DNA from: an uncultured bacterium
GTDB lineage: Bacteria > Verrucomicrobiota > Kiritimatiellia > CAIVKH01
Direction: 5' to 3'
Assembly (NCBI GenBank): GCA_937958885.1
Contig: CALGMT010000047.1
Span: forward strand, 24,931 to 88,930
DNA length: 64,000 nt
The position numbers and the translations under genes are program-made. Numbering within the stretch: position 1 is the first letter of the stretch; every line of letters begins with the position of its first letter. Below are positions 52,356 through 61,707 of this stretch, piece by piece. The notes under the pieces are model-generated. The model had not been told where the DNA came from. It made no database searches and saw only the letters and a list, made by a program, of their open reading frames with translations.

Positions 52356-54910
52356 GCGTCGGGCGCGGAATTGGCGCGGGGCGGCAGGCCCGCGGCCTCC
52401 GCGCGGGCGTCGTAATCGGGAATCTGTTCGGCGTAGCGCCGGAGCAGCTTCTTGAGGGCCATCACCTGACGCGGAGAGAGCGTCTTCTTGCCCTCGTATT
52501 GCCGAATCAACGATTCGACGAATTCCTTGTCGTCCCACACCCGCTTGCCGCGCGTGACCGGTTCTTTCCATTTGATGACGGAGCGCGCCAGTTCCACCAG
52601 CGGACCGGCGTGTGGATCGGCAGCCGCCTGCGGGGCGAGGCCCCACTCCTCGGCCTTTTTATCGAAATCGGGGATATGCCCGGCATACTTCTGGAGCATC
52701 CGATCCAAATGATGCACCTGGCTGTCCGTCAGGCGGCGCCCCGATTCGACCTGCTCGCGAAGCGAGCCGAAGAAAACACGATCGTCGTACACGCGCTTGC
52801 GCACCTCGCGCGGCGGATCGAACGGCACATTCGCCAACGCGCGGATCTTGTCGCGCATCGATTCATCCGGCGGTTCGGCAGCGCGCGCGCGCTCGACAAC
52901 CGCGGCATGAATATCGAGCGCGGCAGCGCGCGCGTCAAAGTCGGGAATCTGATCGCGATAGCGAACGGCCAGCCCGATCAAGGCTTCGAGCTGTCGCTCC
53001 GACACCGGTTTTTCGCCGGCGCTCAATTGCTCGCGCACGGACTTGACGTATTCCTCGTCGCTATACGTCCGGCGCCCGCGCTTGGTCGGCGGAGCCCACT
53101 CGCGCACCGCGCCGAGCATGTCGAGCAATCCGTTAACTTTGCTGAGGTCCGCAGGCGGGCCCTTCGCCTTTTCGACCCATTCCTGGAACGAGCCGTAAAA
53201 GGACTCCAGCATCTCCACCCACGACAATTTGCCTTCCTCGATGGAATCGAGATCTTCCTCCATCCGCGCCGTGAACTGGATGTCGAACAGCGCGGGCAAA
53301 TGGTGGACCAGGAAATCGTTGACCTGAAACCCCATGTTCGTCGGCTTCAACGCCCGCTTGTCTTTCTCCACATAGTGGCGATCCACGATCGTGGAGATGG
53401 TCGACGCATACGTGCTCGGACGCCCCACTCCGTTTTCTTCCAGGGCCTTGATCAGGGATGCCTCGGTGAAGCGCGGCGGCGGTTGCGTTTCTTTTCGGTC
53501 TCCGGTCCATTCCAGTTTCTCGAGCGCCTCGCCCTCTTCGAGCGGCGGCAACTTGACCTCCGGCTCCGCCTCCTCCTCTTCCGCCTCCGCCTTCTTCCGC
53601 TCCGCCTTGCGTTCTTCTTCGATGCCGCTGACGCGCATGTAGCCGGGGAACAACACCTCGGACGACGTCGCGCGGAACAGATAGGTCGAATTCTTCCCGG
53701 GCGTCGGCGGCGCCTCGATCTCCGCGGTGCGCTGCGCAATGCGCGCCGCGGCCATCTGGCAGGCGACGAAGCGCTCCCAGATCAGCGTGTAGAGGCGCAG
53801 CTCGTCGGGCTCCAGATACGGGGAAACCTGTTCCGGCGTTTTGAACACGTCGGTTGGCCGGATGGCCTCGTGCGCCGCTTGCGCATCGGCCTTCACGCGG
53901 TAGAAGTTCGGTTGATCCGGGACATACTCCGCGCCGAATGTGCGCCCGATGTACTCGCGGACCGACTGAATCGCCACCGGCGAAAGCGCGACGGAATCGG
54001 TGCGCATATAGGTGATGAGGCCGACCGGCCCGTCGCCGAAATCCTTGCCCTCATACAATTTTTGAGCGAGCTGCATGGTCCGTTTCGGCGGATACCCCAG
54101 CCGGCTCGACGCGGCCTGTTGGAGCGTGCTGGTGATAAACGCCGGCGGGGCGCGTCGGTTGATCTCGCGGCGCACGATGGCCGACACGCGCAGCGCGCGG
54201 CCTTCCAAATCGTCGTGAATCGCCTTCGCCTGCTCGCCGGATTTGATCGAGGCCTTCTCGCCATTAATCCGCGCCAGCGTGATCGTGAACGGGTCGCGCG
54301 GATCGACCAGCTTCCGCACCTTGGCGCCGAGAATCCAATACTCCTCCGGCTTGAAGTTGAGAATCTCGCGCTCGCGCTCGCAGACCAACCGCAGCGCGAC
54401 CGACTGCACGCGGCCGGCGCTCGACGCGCCGCGTATCCGACGCCAGAGCAGCGGGCTGACTTTGTATCCGACGAGCCGGTCCAAAATGCGGCGCGCCTGC
54501 TGCGAATCGACTTTCTTCTGGTCCACCTCGCGCGGTTCCGCAAAGGCTTTTCGAATCGCCGGCGCGGTGATTTCGTTGTACGTCACGCGGACGAACGGGA
54601 CCGGACGCTTTCGATCCTCGAGCGCCTCCTTGAGGTGCCATGCGATCGCCTCGCCTTCCCGATCCGGGTCGGGCGCGAGGTAGATTTTCTCGGCATCGCG
54701 GGAGAGCGCCTTGAGCTCTTTCAGCACCTTCTCGCGCGTCTTGATGTTGACATATTTCGGCTTAAAGCGTTTCTCGATGTCCACGCCGAGTTCTTTCTCA
54801 GGCAAATCGCGGACGTGCCCCATCGAGGCCTTCACCACGAAGTCCTTCCCGAGGATTTTGTTAATGGTCTTCGCCTTCGCAGGCGACTCGACGATCACGA
54901 GATTTTTCAT
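52352..54910 (-). CDS. topA: DNA topoisomerase I with three C-terminal ~75-aa repeats and no zinc ribbons
   Basis: Toprim LVIVESPAKAKTI. Active-site region ITYMRTDS. C-terminal repeats each end in QIPD(F/Y)D (52355-53137). Start at ATG 54910. Confidence 0.92.
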   Translation of the reverse strand: MKNLVIVESPAKAKTINKILGKDFVVKASMGHVRDLPEKELGVDIEKRFKPKYVNIKTREKVLKELKALSRDAEKIYLAPDPDREGEAIAWHLKEALEDRKRPVPFVRVTYNEITAPAIRKAFAEPREVDQKKVDSQQARRILDRLVGYKVSPLLWRRIRGASSAGRVQSVALRLVCEREREILNFKPEEYWILGAKVRKLVDPRDPFTITLARINGEKASIKSGEQAKAIHDDLEGRALRVSAIVRREINRRAPPAFITSTLQQAASSRLGYPPKRTMQLAQKLYEGKDFGDGPVGLITYMRTDSVALSPVAIQSVREYIGRTFGAEYVPDQPNFYRVKADAQAAHEAIRPTDVFKTPEQVSPYLEPDELRLYTLIWERFVACQMAAARIAQRTAEIEAPPTPGKNSTYLFRATSSEVLFPGYMRVSGIEEERKAERKKAEAEEEEAEPEVKLPPLEEGEALEKLEWTGDRKETQPPPRFTEASLIKALEENGVGRPSTYASTISTIVDRHYVEKDKRALKPTNMGFQVNDFLVHHLPALFDIQFTARMEEDLDSIEEGKLSWVEMLESFYGSFQEWVEKAKGPPADLSKVNGLLDMLGAVREWAPPTKRGRRTYSDEEYVKSVREQLSAGEKPVSERQLEALIGLAVRYRDQIPDFDARAAALDIHAAVVERARAAEPPDESMRDKIRALANVPFDPPREVRKRVYDDRVFFGSLREQVESGRRLTDSQVHHLDRMLQKYAGHIPDFDKKAEEWGLAPQAAADPHAGPLVELARSVIKWKEPVTRGKRVWDDKEFVESLIRQYEGKKTLSPRQVMALKKLLRRYAEQIPDYDARAEAAGLPPRANSAPDA

Positions 54911-54982
54911 AAGCCGCACACTTGGAAACCCCAATCCACCCGCAAAGTCAATCCCGGTCTTTTCACGCCGCGTCGCGCGCGG

Positions 54983-55069
54983 GATGAATTCGATGCCGAT
55001 TCCGATCCCGATTTCGATTCCGATCCCGATCCCGATCCCGATTTCGATTCCGACTGTGATCGAGGAGAT
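54983..55069. repeat. Imperfect hexanucleotide tract (GATYYC)n with a core of 10 units
   Basis: Core 54992-55051 reads GATGCC GATTCC GATCCC GATTTC GATTCC GATCCC GATCCC GATCCC GATTTC GATTCC, with degenerate units on both sides. Five GATC sites. Located between the dprA stop and the topA start. Confidence 0.9.
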
Positions 55070-55072
55070 TCA

Positions 55073-56194
55073 TCATCCGCCCGGCAACAGATCTTCGCGG
55101 AGTTCGACGACGCGGCCGGGGAGCATGCGGATCACGCGCTTCATTTCCAAGCCCAAGAGCAGGGAACTCAACTGCGCGCTGTTCAAACCGGCATTGCGCG
55201 CGAGGGAATCGACGTCCAATGCGCCCTTCCACAGCGCTTTCACCACCGCCTGTTCGTCCGTCGCGAGCGGAACATCGGGTCGACGCGGCATCGTCTCTGC
55301 GACGCGCTGCTTCGCTTCCGGGATCAACAACTCGAACTCCTGTAGGATATCGTCAATATCCTCGCACAGGCGCGCGCCCTCCTTGATGAGCTTGTGGCAT
55401 CCGCGCGCGCCGGGCATATCCGCACGGCCGGGCACGGCGAACACGCTGCGCCCCTGCTCCAACGCGCCGGTCGCAGTGATGACGGCGCCGCTCTTGATCC
55501 CGGCCTCCACGACCACAATCCCAAGGCTCAATCCGCTCACCACGCGATTTCGGTAGGGAAACGTGGTGCGGTCCGGTTCGCGCCCCATCGTGTACTCGCT
55601 GATGACGGCGCCCTGATCTGCGATCGCAGCGGCGAGTTCGGCGTTTTCTTCCGGATAGAGGCGGTCGATCGCGCTGCCGAGCACGGCGATCGTGCGCCCG
55701 CCGCCCTTCAGCGCCGCCTTGTGCGCGGCGGTGTCGATCCCGCGCGCGAGGCCGCTGATCACGGTGAACCCGGTCCGCGCGAGCTGATGCGAAATCCGGT
55801 CGGCCATGCTCATGCCGTAATGCGACGCGTGGCGCGTGCCGACCACGGCGATGGCCTGCGCGTCGCGGGGCTCCAGCGCGCCCCGCACATACAGCACCAG
55901 CGGCGGATCATAAATTTCCTTCAATCGCGCCGGATACTCGGGATCCTCGCGGGTGACCAACCGCGCGCCGGCCCGGCGCGCGCGGCTCTCCTCGGCAACG
56001 GGATCCACCTCGCCGCGCTGACGCAGGATGCCGCGCGCGACTTCGGCCCCGATCCCCTCGGCGCGGCGCAGATCGGTCTCCGACGCGTCCCATACGGCCT
56101 CGGGCGAGCCGAGCGCGGCGATCAGGTTCCGCACGCGCACGGGACCGAGTGAATCGATCATGTTTAATGCGATATAGGCCTCACGCCGCGTCAT
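55073..56194 (-). CDS. dprA: DNA processing protein DprA (Smf)
   Basis: Motifs YPARLKEIYDPPLVLYVRG, VVGTRHAS.YG, SGLARGIDTAAH and C-terminal winged-helix LLGLEMKRVI. ATG 56194 overlaps the upstream stop (ATGA). Confidence 0.9.
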   Translation of the reverse strand: MTRREAYIALNMIDSLGPVRVRNLIAALGSPEAVWDASETDLRRAEGIGAEVARGILRQRGEVDPVAEESRARRAGARLVTREDPEYPARLKEIYDPPLVLYVRGALEPRDAQAIAVVGTRHASHYGMSMADRISHQLARTGFTVISGLARGIDTAAHKAALKGGGRTIAVLGSAIDRLYPEENAELAAAIADQGAVISEYTMGREPDRTTFPYRNRVVSGLSLGIVVVEAGIKSGAVITATGALEQGRSVFAVPGRADMPGARGCHKLIKEGARLCEDIDDILQEFELLIPEAKQRVAETMPRRPDVPLATDEQAVVKALWKGALDVDSLARNAGLNSAQLSSLLLGLEMKRVIRMLPGRVVELREDLLPGG

Positions 56195-56817
56195 GCGTCG
56201 ACACCTCCGGCGGTGCGCGCGCGTCGCGGAGCACGGCGGAATAATTCCAGCTGCTCGTCGCGCAGCAGATCGTAATTCTTCAGAATGCGCAGGATTTGAA
56301 GCAAATCCGATTTTTCGTAGTTCTTGTTGATCTCCACCGTGCGGATCAATTCGCGCAGCATCGTGGGGAACAAGAGGACGCCGTCCACCCCCTTCTCCGC
56401 AAGAAGATCCAGCGCCTTGCGGCGCAGGGCCGCGCCCGCGGGCAGCTCCGACAGGCACAGGATGCGCGTCAGCGGGCCCTCGCCCAATGCCGCCCGCGCC
56501 CGCCGCTGCGCGGGCTCCTGCGCAAAGCGAACCAGCTCCGGTGAGACCTTCAACGTCGACGGACTGACGCGATCCGTATGCCAGCCTTTCACGCAAACCA
56601 CCGCCCGCTGCACCCCGCGCAACTCCGCGCCGGTTAACAGGCGCGCGCCGGCCGGCAATTCGATCATCGCGTCCGGAGCAGGATTGAGGACAAAAAAGTC
56701 GATTTCTTCCTCCGGTCGCTTCGCGCGCGCAGTCACAAGGTATTTGTGCGGCTGATGCACCAGGAAGCCCAGCGACTCGAGGTACTCTCGCGCGATCGCT
56801 TCATTAACACCCGCCAT
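56191..56817 (-). CDS. Hypothetical protein with a possible PD-(D/E)xK-like N-terminal core
   Basis: 208 aa from MAGVNEAIAREYLESLGFLV, then EEEIDFFVLNP and RAVVCVKGW. Overlaps aroB by 14 nt and dprA by 4 nt. Confidence 0.6.
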   Translation of the reverse strand: MAGVNEAIAREYLESLGFLVHQPHKYLVTARAKRPEEEIDFFVLNPAPDAMIELPAGARLLTGAELRGVQRAVVCVKGWHTDRVSPSTLKVSPELVRFAQEPAQRRARAALGEGPLTRILCLSELPAGAALRRKALDLLAEKGVDGVLLFPTMLRELIRTVEINKNYEKSDLLQILRILKNYDLLRDEQLELFRRAPRRARTAGGVDA

Positions 56818-57883
56818 GCCAGACCTCCTCCAGCACCGCCTCGGGCACAGCGACTCCGTATTCGACTTCGCCAATCCGCCGCGCGAGCACAAATTTTGGC
56901 GTGCCCGCCGCGCCTTTTTTGTCCACCGCCATGGCGCGCCGCACCTCCGCCCAGGCAAGGTCCGGCGCGCTCACCGGCAGTCCGGCGCGCGCGACGACGG
57001 CGCGGATGCGCCCCGCATCAGCAGGGGGAAGCCCGAACACGCGCGCCGACAAGCGCGCGGCAAAGACCAGACCGATGCCGACCGCCTCACCATGGAGATA
57101 GGCGCCATAGCCGGTCGCCTGCTCAATCGCATGCCCCAAGGTATGGCCGAAGTTCAGAATCGCGCGCTCGCCCGATTCGCGCTCGTCCGCGCCGACCACT
57201 GCAGCTTTTATTTCGCAGCTTCGCGCGATCACATGCGTGAGCGCAGCCGAGTCACCGGACAATAATGCGTCCATTGATCGCTCGCAAAACGCAAACAACC
57301 CGGCGTCGCGGATGATGCCGTGCTTGATGACTTCCGCCATGCCGGCGGCGAGCTCTCGCTTCGGCAACGTCTGAAGCACATCGGTGTCGGCCGCGACCAG
57401 CGCCGGTTGGTGAAAGGCTCCGACGAGATTTTTGCCTTGTGGCAGATTGACGCCTGTTTTGCCGCCGACCGCGCTGTCCACCATCGCCAGCAGGGTTGTG
57501 GGCGCCTGCACCAGTTGCACGCCGCGCAGGTACGCCGCCGCGACAAAGCCGGCGAGGTCGCCGACCACGCCTCCGCCGAGGGCGACGATCGCAGACGTGC
57601 GGTCGAGGCGGGCATCCGCGGCGCATTCGCACAAACGCCCAAACCACTCGATGGATTTCGTGGCCTCGCCCGGCGGCACCGTCGCCCGCGCAACGGCAAA
57701 CCCCGCGCCGGCCAAGCCCTGCGCCACGCGATCGCCGTAGAGCGCGTCCACCGTGCTGTCCGCCACGAGCAGGACGTGCGATCCTGCGAGACGTTCCCGG
57801 CAAAGGCCGGGCAATTCAGCCAACGCGCCGGCGCCGATGCGGATCGGGTAGCTGCGTTCGCCCAACTGTACGTTCACGTTCAT
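56804..57883 (-). CDS. aroB: 3-dehydroquinate synthase
   Basis: Motifs GGGVVGDLAGF, VDSAVGGKTGVN and LNFGHTLGHAIE. Confidence 0.92.
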   Translation of the reverse strand: MNVNVQLGERSYPIRIGAGALAELPGLCRERLAGSHVLLVADSTVDALYGDRVAQGLAGAGFAVARATVPPGEATKSIEWFGRLCECAADARLDRTSAIVALGGGVVGDLAGFVAAAYLRGVQLVQAPTTLLAMVDSAVGGKTGVNLPQGKNLVGAFHQPALVAADTDVLQTLPKRELAAGMAEVIKHGIIRDAGLFAFCERSMDALLSGDSAALTHVIARSCEIKAAVVGADERESGERAILNFGHTLGHAIEQATGYGAYLHGEAVGIGLVFAARLSARVFGLPPADAGRIRAVVARAGLPVSAPDLAWAEVRRAMAVDKKGAAGTPKFVLARRIGEVEYGVAVPEAVLEEVWHGGC

Positions 57884-57962
57884 ATTCGATTAGCGTCGCG
57901 CCCAGCGCGCCGGCCTGTCAACGCCGTACTTATCCCGAGTCCCAACGCAGCAATCCGGCAGA

Positions 57963-58889
57963 TCACGCGAACCGCGCGCCCACACCCAGCCGCGCCCCGC
58001 GCGCGTAATCCGCGCCGCTCATGGATCGCTTTCCCTCGGGCTGCACGACCAGCAATCGAAGCGCATCCGAACCGCACGCGATCAGCGGACCGTCGCCGCC
58101 GAGGTCAAGTATCGCACCCGGCTCGCCGCTTGCGCGCTCGGCGCGGGTCGCGGAGACGCCGAGCCGCTTGCCGGAAACCGTGCAGTACGTTCCGGGCCAG
58201 GGTTGAAAGCCCCGCACGCGGTTATGGAGCGAACGCGCGGGCTGTAACCAATCGAGCAGGCCGTCCGCCTTTTCGAGTTTCCGCGCCCACGTGACCGCCG
58301 ATTCGTCCTGCGGCAGGCGGACCGCCGCGCCGGACGCCAGACGTCGAATCGCCTCCAGCAAGAGCGCCGCGCCGGCCTTCGCGAGACGCGGCTCCAGTGT
58401 CGGCGTGGTGTCTTCCGGAAAAATCGGGTGGCGCTCCTGCAACAAGATCGGCCCCGCATCCATGCGCGCGGTGACATCGATAATACTGACGCCCGTCTCC
58501 GTGTCGCCATTGGCTACCGCCCACTGAATGGGCGCCGCGCCGCGGTACCGCGGCAACAGTGAGGGGTGGATGTTGATGCAGCCGAGCGGCGGCAATTCGA
58601 TGATCCGGCGCGGAATGTACTGGCCATAAGCGGCCACTGCGATCAGATCCGGCGCGAGCGCCGCGAGTTCGCCGTATGCGTCGCCGATTTTTTCAGGCGC
58701 GAGGACGGGAATTCCCGCCGAAACAGCGCACGCTTTGACCGGGCACGGCGTCAGATGGCGCCCCCGTCCGCTTGGCCGGTCCGGTTGCGCCACGCACGCC
58801 GCGAGCTGGTGCTCGGAGGCGAGCAGCGCTTCCACGGCGGGCACCGCGAAGGCATCCGATCCCATGAAAACGATCCGCGCCCTGTTCAT
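57963..58889 (-). CDS. fmt: Methionyl-tRNA formyltransferase
   Basis: Motifs IVFMGSDAFAVP, QPDRPSGRG and INIHPSLLPRYRGAAPIQWA. Confidence 0.92.
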   Translation of the reverse strand: MNRARIVFMGSDAFAVPAVEALLASEHQLAACVAQPDRPSGRGRHLTPCPVKACAVSAGIPVLAPEKIGDAYGELAALAPDLIAVAAYGQYIPRRIIELPPLGCINIHPSLLPRYRGAAPIQWAVANGDTETGVSIIDVTARMDAGPILLQERHPIFPEDTTPTLEPRLAKAGAALLLEAIRRLASGAAVRLPQDESAVTWARKLEKADGLLDWLQPARSLHNRVRGFQPWPGTYCTVSGKRLGVSATRAERASGEPGAILDLGGDGPLIACGSDALRLLVVQPEGKRSMSGADYARGARLGVGARFA

Positions 58890-59941
58890 GTCGTCGGCTT
58901 CCCCAGCGCGTCGCTCAAATCCTTGTCCGGCCGGAAGACCTCGACCCAGATGCCCACCCCGTACGCCAGGTGCATGAACGGCTGGATCGGAATCAATAAT
59001 AGATCGGACGCGCGCTTCGTCTGCGCGAACACTTCAAGGGCAATCCAGAGCGCTACAGCCGCGTAGGCGATCAAATTGGCGGCCAGTAGCGCGACGCCCC
59101 ACGCGTGAACCAGCGCAGCCGCTCCGCAAAACAGCAGCGAGGCGACCCACACCGCGGGCACCAGCGGTGTCCACTCCACATCAAGGCCGGCGCGCATTAA
59201 CCGAATGCGCGTCGCGCCATATCGAAATATCTGCCGCCAGAAACCCCGAAACGTCGTCTTCGGATAGTGGTACACATACGCCTCTGAATCGAAGACCAGC
59301 GCCAGGCCCTGTTTGGCCGTCCCGTTTGCGGCGATCATTTCTTCGCCGGGATAGAAATCGGGATCGAATCCGTTGAGTTTTTCGATCGCCTCCCGGCGGA
59401 AGATCATGTTGCAGCCGATCGTGCGGGACCACTTGACGCGCTTCACTGCATCCGCGCCTTTGATATACCGGTGCGCGACATAGCCGGCGGCGCGGGAAGA
59501 AAGCGCGAGCCCGGCGAGCCGCGCCAGCAGCGAAATATCCGTCGGCACCAGCGAGGGCCCGCTGACCATCCCCACGTCCGAAGGCTCGAATGCGGCCAAC
59601 ACGCGCCGAATCCAATGCGGCGGCACGTACACATCGTCGTCGATAAATGCGACGATTGGCGCGCGGCTCGCCCGCAACCCCGCGTTTCGCTTTTCACTCG
59701 CGTCGCCCTTTTCGTATCGCACCGGGAGATGCCGCACGCGCGGATCCGTCGCCGCGAGTTCCCGCACGCGATCGAGTACGGGGCCTTCCGGTATCAACCC
59801 CGCAATGATGATCTCAATTCGATCCGCGCCCTCGGCCGCGCGGAGGGAGTCGAGCGTCTTGAATAGAATCGCCCGCCCCATCGTGGGAATGACCACGGCC
59901 AGGAGCGGGCGCGGGTCTGCTGCTGCGTCGGATGCGCTCAC
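58886..59941 (-). CDS. Family 2 glycosyltransferase with C-terminal TM helices
   Basis: GT-A LLAVVIPTMGR and FIDDDVYVP. C-terminal hydrophobic helices. Its stop overlaps the fmt start (ATGA). Confidence 0.8.
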   Translation of the reverse strand: MSASDAAADPRPLLAVVIPTMGRAILFKTLDSLRAAEGADRIEIIIAGLIPEGPVLDRVRELAATDPRVRHLPVRYEKGDASEKRNAGLRASRAPIVAFIDDDVYVPPHWIRRVLAAFEPSDVGMVSGPSLVPTDISLLARLAGLALSSRAAGYVAHRYIKGADAVKRVKWSRTIGCNMIFRREAIEKLNGFDPDFYPGEEMIAANGTAKQGLALVFDSEAYVYHYPKTTFRGFWRQIFRYGATRIRLMRAGLDVEWTPLVPAVWVASLLFCGAAALVHAWGVALLAANLIAYAAVALWIALEVFAQTKRASDLLLIPIQPFMHLAYGVGIWVEVFRPDKDLSDALGKPTT

Positions 59942-60039
59942 GCGCGTATAAGAACGGCGCGCCGGGTCTTCTCACAAGACTTTTCCTCTTGTCTCGCCCG
60001 AGCGGGCCGCCGCATACTTTCAGCTCGAAAGGATTTCCC

Positions 60040-60459
60040 ATGCCGAAAAAAACAACCCCCAAATCCGCCCTGCCCTCGTCGACCCGCGTCCGCTTGCCCA
60101 AGGTGTTCCGCGACGCGCGCGGCGATATCATCCCGCTGGTGGACGATACCGTGATGCGCAGCGCGCTGCTGATCACATCAAAAAAAGGCGCAGTGCGGGC
60201 TAACCACTATCACAAAACCGACTGGCATTTCTGCTATGTCCTGTCGGGTGAAATCGAATACTTCGAGCGTCCGGTCGGTTCAAAACGGAAGCCCAAACGC
60301 ATGACGTTCAAGCAAGGCGACATGTTTTTCACGCCGCCGATGGTCGAGCACACGATGCTGTTCCCGAAAGACACCGCGTTCCTGACGCTGTCGCGCAATC
60401 CGCGCAATCCGGCGGCGTACGAAAAGGACCTCGTCCGCGTGGAGCTCGTCAAACCGTGA
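60040..60459 (+). CDS. Cupin-fold NDP-sugar isomerase/epimerase (WxcM/FdtA-like)
   Basis: 139 aa from MPKKTTPK (GAAAGGA RBS). Cupin His cluster NHYHKTDWHFCYVLSGEIEY...VEHTMLF. Confidence 0.65.
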   Translation: MPKKTTPKSALPSSTRVRLPKVFRDARGDIIPLVDDTVMRSALLITSKKGAVRANHYHKTDWHFCYVLSGEIEYFERPVGSKRKPKRMTFKQGDMFFTPPMVEHTMLFPKDTAFLTLSRNPRNPAAYEKDLVRVELVKP

Positions 60460-61700
60460 CGGCGCGCTGCCGACGGCGCAACACGTGCCGCTTGTGCGGC
60501 AGCACACGCTTGGAACTGGCCCTCCAGCTCGCGCCCACGCCGCCGGCCAATGCGTTTGTGCCGGCCGATGCGCTTGAGATCGAGCAGGAGCGGTTCCCGC
60601 TCGATGTCTTCTTTTGCGAAGAATGCTTTCACCTCCAATTGCTCGACGTAGTCGATCCCGCCCTGCTCTTCGAAAACTACGTGTACGTCTCCGGCACCTC
60701 GCCGGTCTTCGTCCGCCATTTCGAGTCCTATGCGCAGGATGTGATGTCCCGTTTTGGCGTCAAAACCTCCGCGCTGGTGGTGGATATCGGATCGAACGAC
60801 GGCACGCTCCTCCGCTTCTTCCAACAAGCGGGGTGCCGCGTGCAGGGCATCGACCCCGCGCGCCGCATCGCGGAGGATGCGACGGCCGCGGGCATCCCCA
60901 CCAAAGCCGCGTTCTTCACGCCGGCGCTTGCCGATGAACTCAAACACGACCTCGGCTCCGCGGCCGTCATCACGGCAAACAACGTGTTTGCCCATATCGA
61001 CGACCTCGACGGCGTGGTCGAGGGCGTCAAACGACTGCTCGCGCCGGACGGCGTCTATGTCTTTGAAGTGTCATATCTCGTGGATGTGTTCCAGAAGACG
61101 CTGTTCGACACGATCTATCACGAGCACCTGGCCTATCACTCCGTAAAACCGCTGGTGCGGTTTTTCGAGAAACACGGCATGCAGCTCATCGAAGCGCTGC
61201 GCGTGTCAAGTCACGGCGGCTCTCTGCGCGGCATAGCCCAGCGCAAAGGGGGCCCGCATCCAGTCGGCGCATCTGTCGCCGCAGCGATTGCGGAAGAGGA
61301 AGCCCTCGGTCTCGACCGGCTCGACACTTTCCGCGCATTTGCTCGGAACATCGACGCGCTCAAAGAGCAGCTCGGTCGGCTCCTGCGCGAGCTGAAGGCG
61401 CAGGGCAAGCGCATCGCAGCCTTCGGCGCGCCCGCAAAGGCGACCACGCTGATGTTCCACTTCGGCATCGGACCGGATCTGATCGACTTCATCGTCGACG
61501 ACAGCCCGCTGAAGCAGGGCTTGTATTCGCCCGGCTATCACATCCCGGTCGTGCCCGCCTCCGCGCTGTACGAAAAACGACCCGACTACACGGTCGTGCT
61601 CGCGTGGAACTTCGCGGAGCCGATCCTGCGCGCGCACAAACGCTACACCGACGAGGGCGGCCACTTCATCGTGCCGCTCCCCGCGCTCACCGTACACTGA
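60456..61700 (+). CDS. NDP-hexose C-methyltransferase (class I SAM MTase with N-terminal zinc-binding and C-terminal C-MT domains)
   Basis: CRLCGSTRLE...FFCEECFHLQL zinc motif. SAM motif VVDIGSNDGTLL, then VFEVSYL...HEHLAYHS. GTGA overlap with the cupin gene. Confidence 0.8.
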   Translation: MTARCRRRNTCRLCGSTRLELALQLAPTPPANAFVPADALEIEQERFPLDVFFCEECFHLQLLDVVDPALLFENYVYVSGTSPVFVRHFESYAQDVMSRFGVKTSALVVDIGSNDGTLLRFFQQAGCRVQGIDPARRIAEDATAAGIPTKAAFFTPALADELKHDLGSAAVITANNVFAHIDDLDGVVEGVKRLLAPDGVYVFEVSYLVDVFQKTLFDTIYHEHLAYHSVKPLVRFFEKHGMQLIEALRVSSHGGSLRGIAQRKGGPHPVGASVAAAIAEEEALGLDRLDTFRAFARNIDALKEQLGRLLRELKAQGKRIAAFGAPAKATTLMFHFGIGPDLIDFIVDDSPLKQGLYSPGYHIPVVPASALYEKRPDYTVVLAWNFAEPILRAHKRYTDEGGHFIVPLPALTVH

Positions 61701-61707
61701 GGGCCCC

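Noticed and set aside
52355-53137. Three tandem ~75-aa repeats at the TopA C-terminus, each ending in QIPD(F/Y)D, with no zinc ribbons.
   Set aside because: The repeats are real, but they match the known type of 'topoisomerase C-terminal repeat' found in some bacterial type IA enzymes. They are an architectural variant rather than a new system.
54983-55069. Possible CRISPR array (regular short repeats). The same question was asked of the 3965-4327 repeat region.
   Set aside because: The repeat unit at 54983-55069 is only 6 bp with no spacers. The 3965-4327 repeats are irregularly spaced, occur in both orientations, and lack 25-40 bp unique spacers. No cas genes lie in the window.
52499-55345. 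A 948-aa ORF on the + strand. Similar long ORFs lie at 32228-34342 (704 aa), 29036-30616 (526 aa), 12588-13988 (466 aa) and 26046-27437 (463 aa).
   Set aside because: All lie antisense to genes with unmistakable family motifs (topA/dprA, aguA/propeller, M20-like, membrane protein, GH13_18). They are Arg/Ala/Gly/Pro-rich with no recognisable motifs. Stop-codon-poor antisense frames are expected at this GC content.
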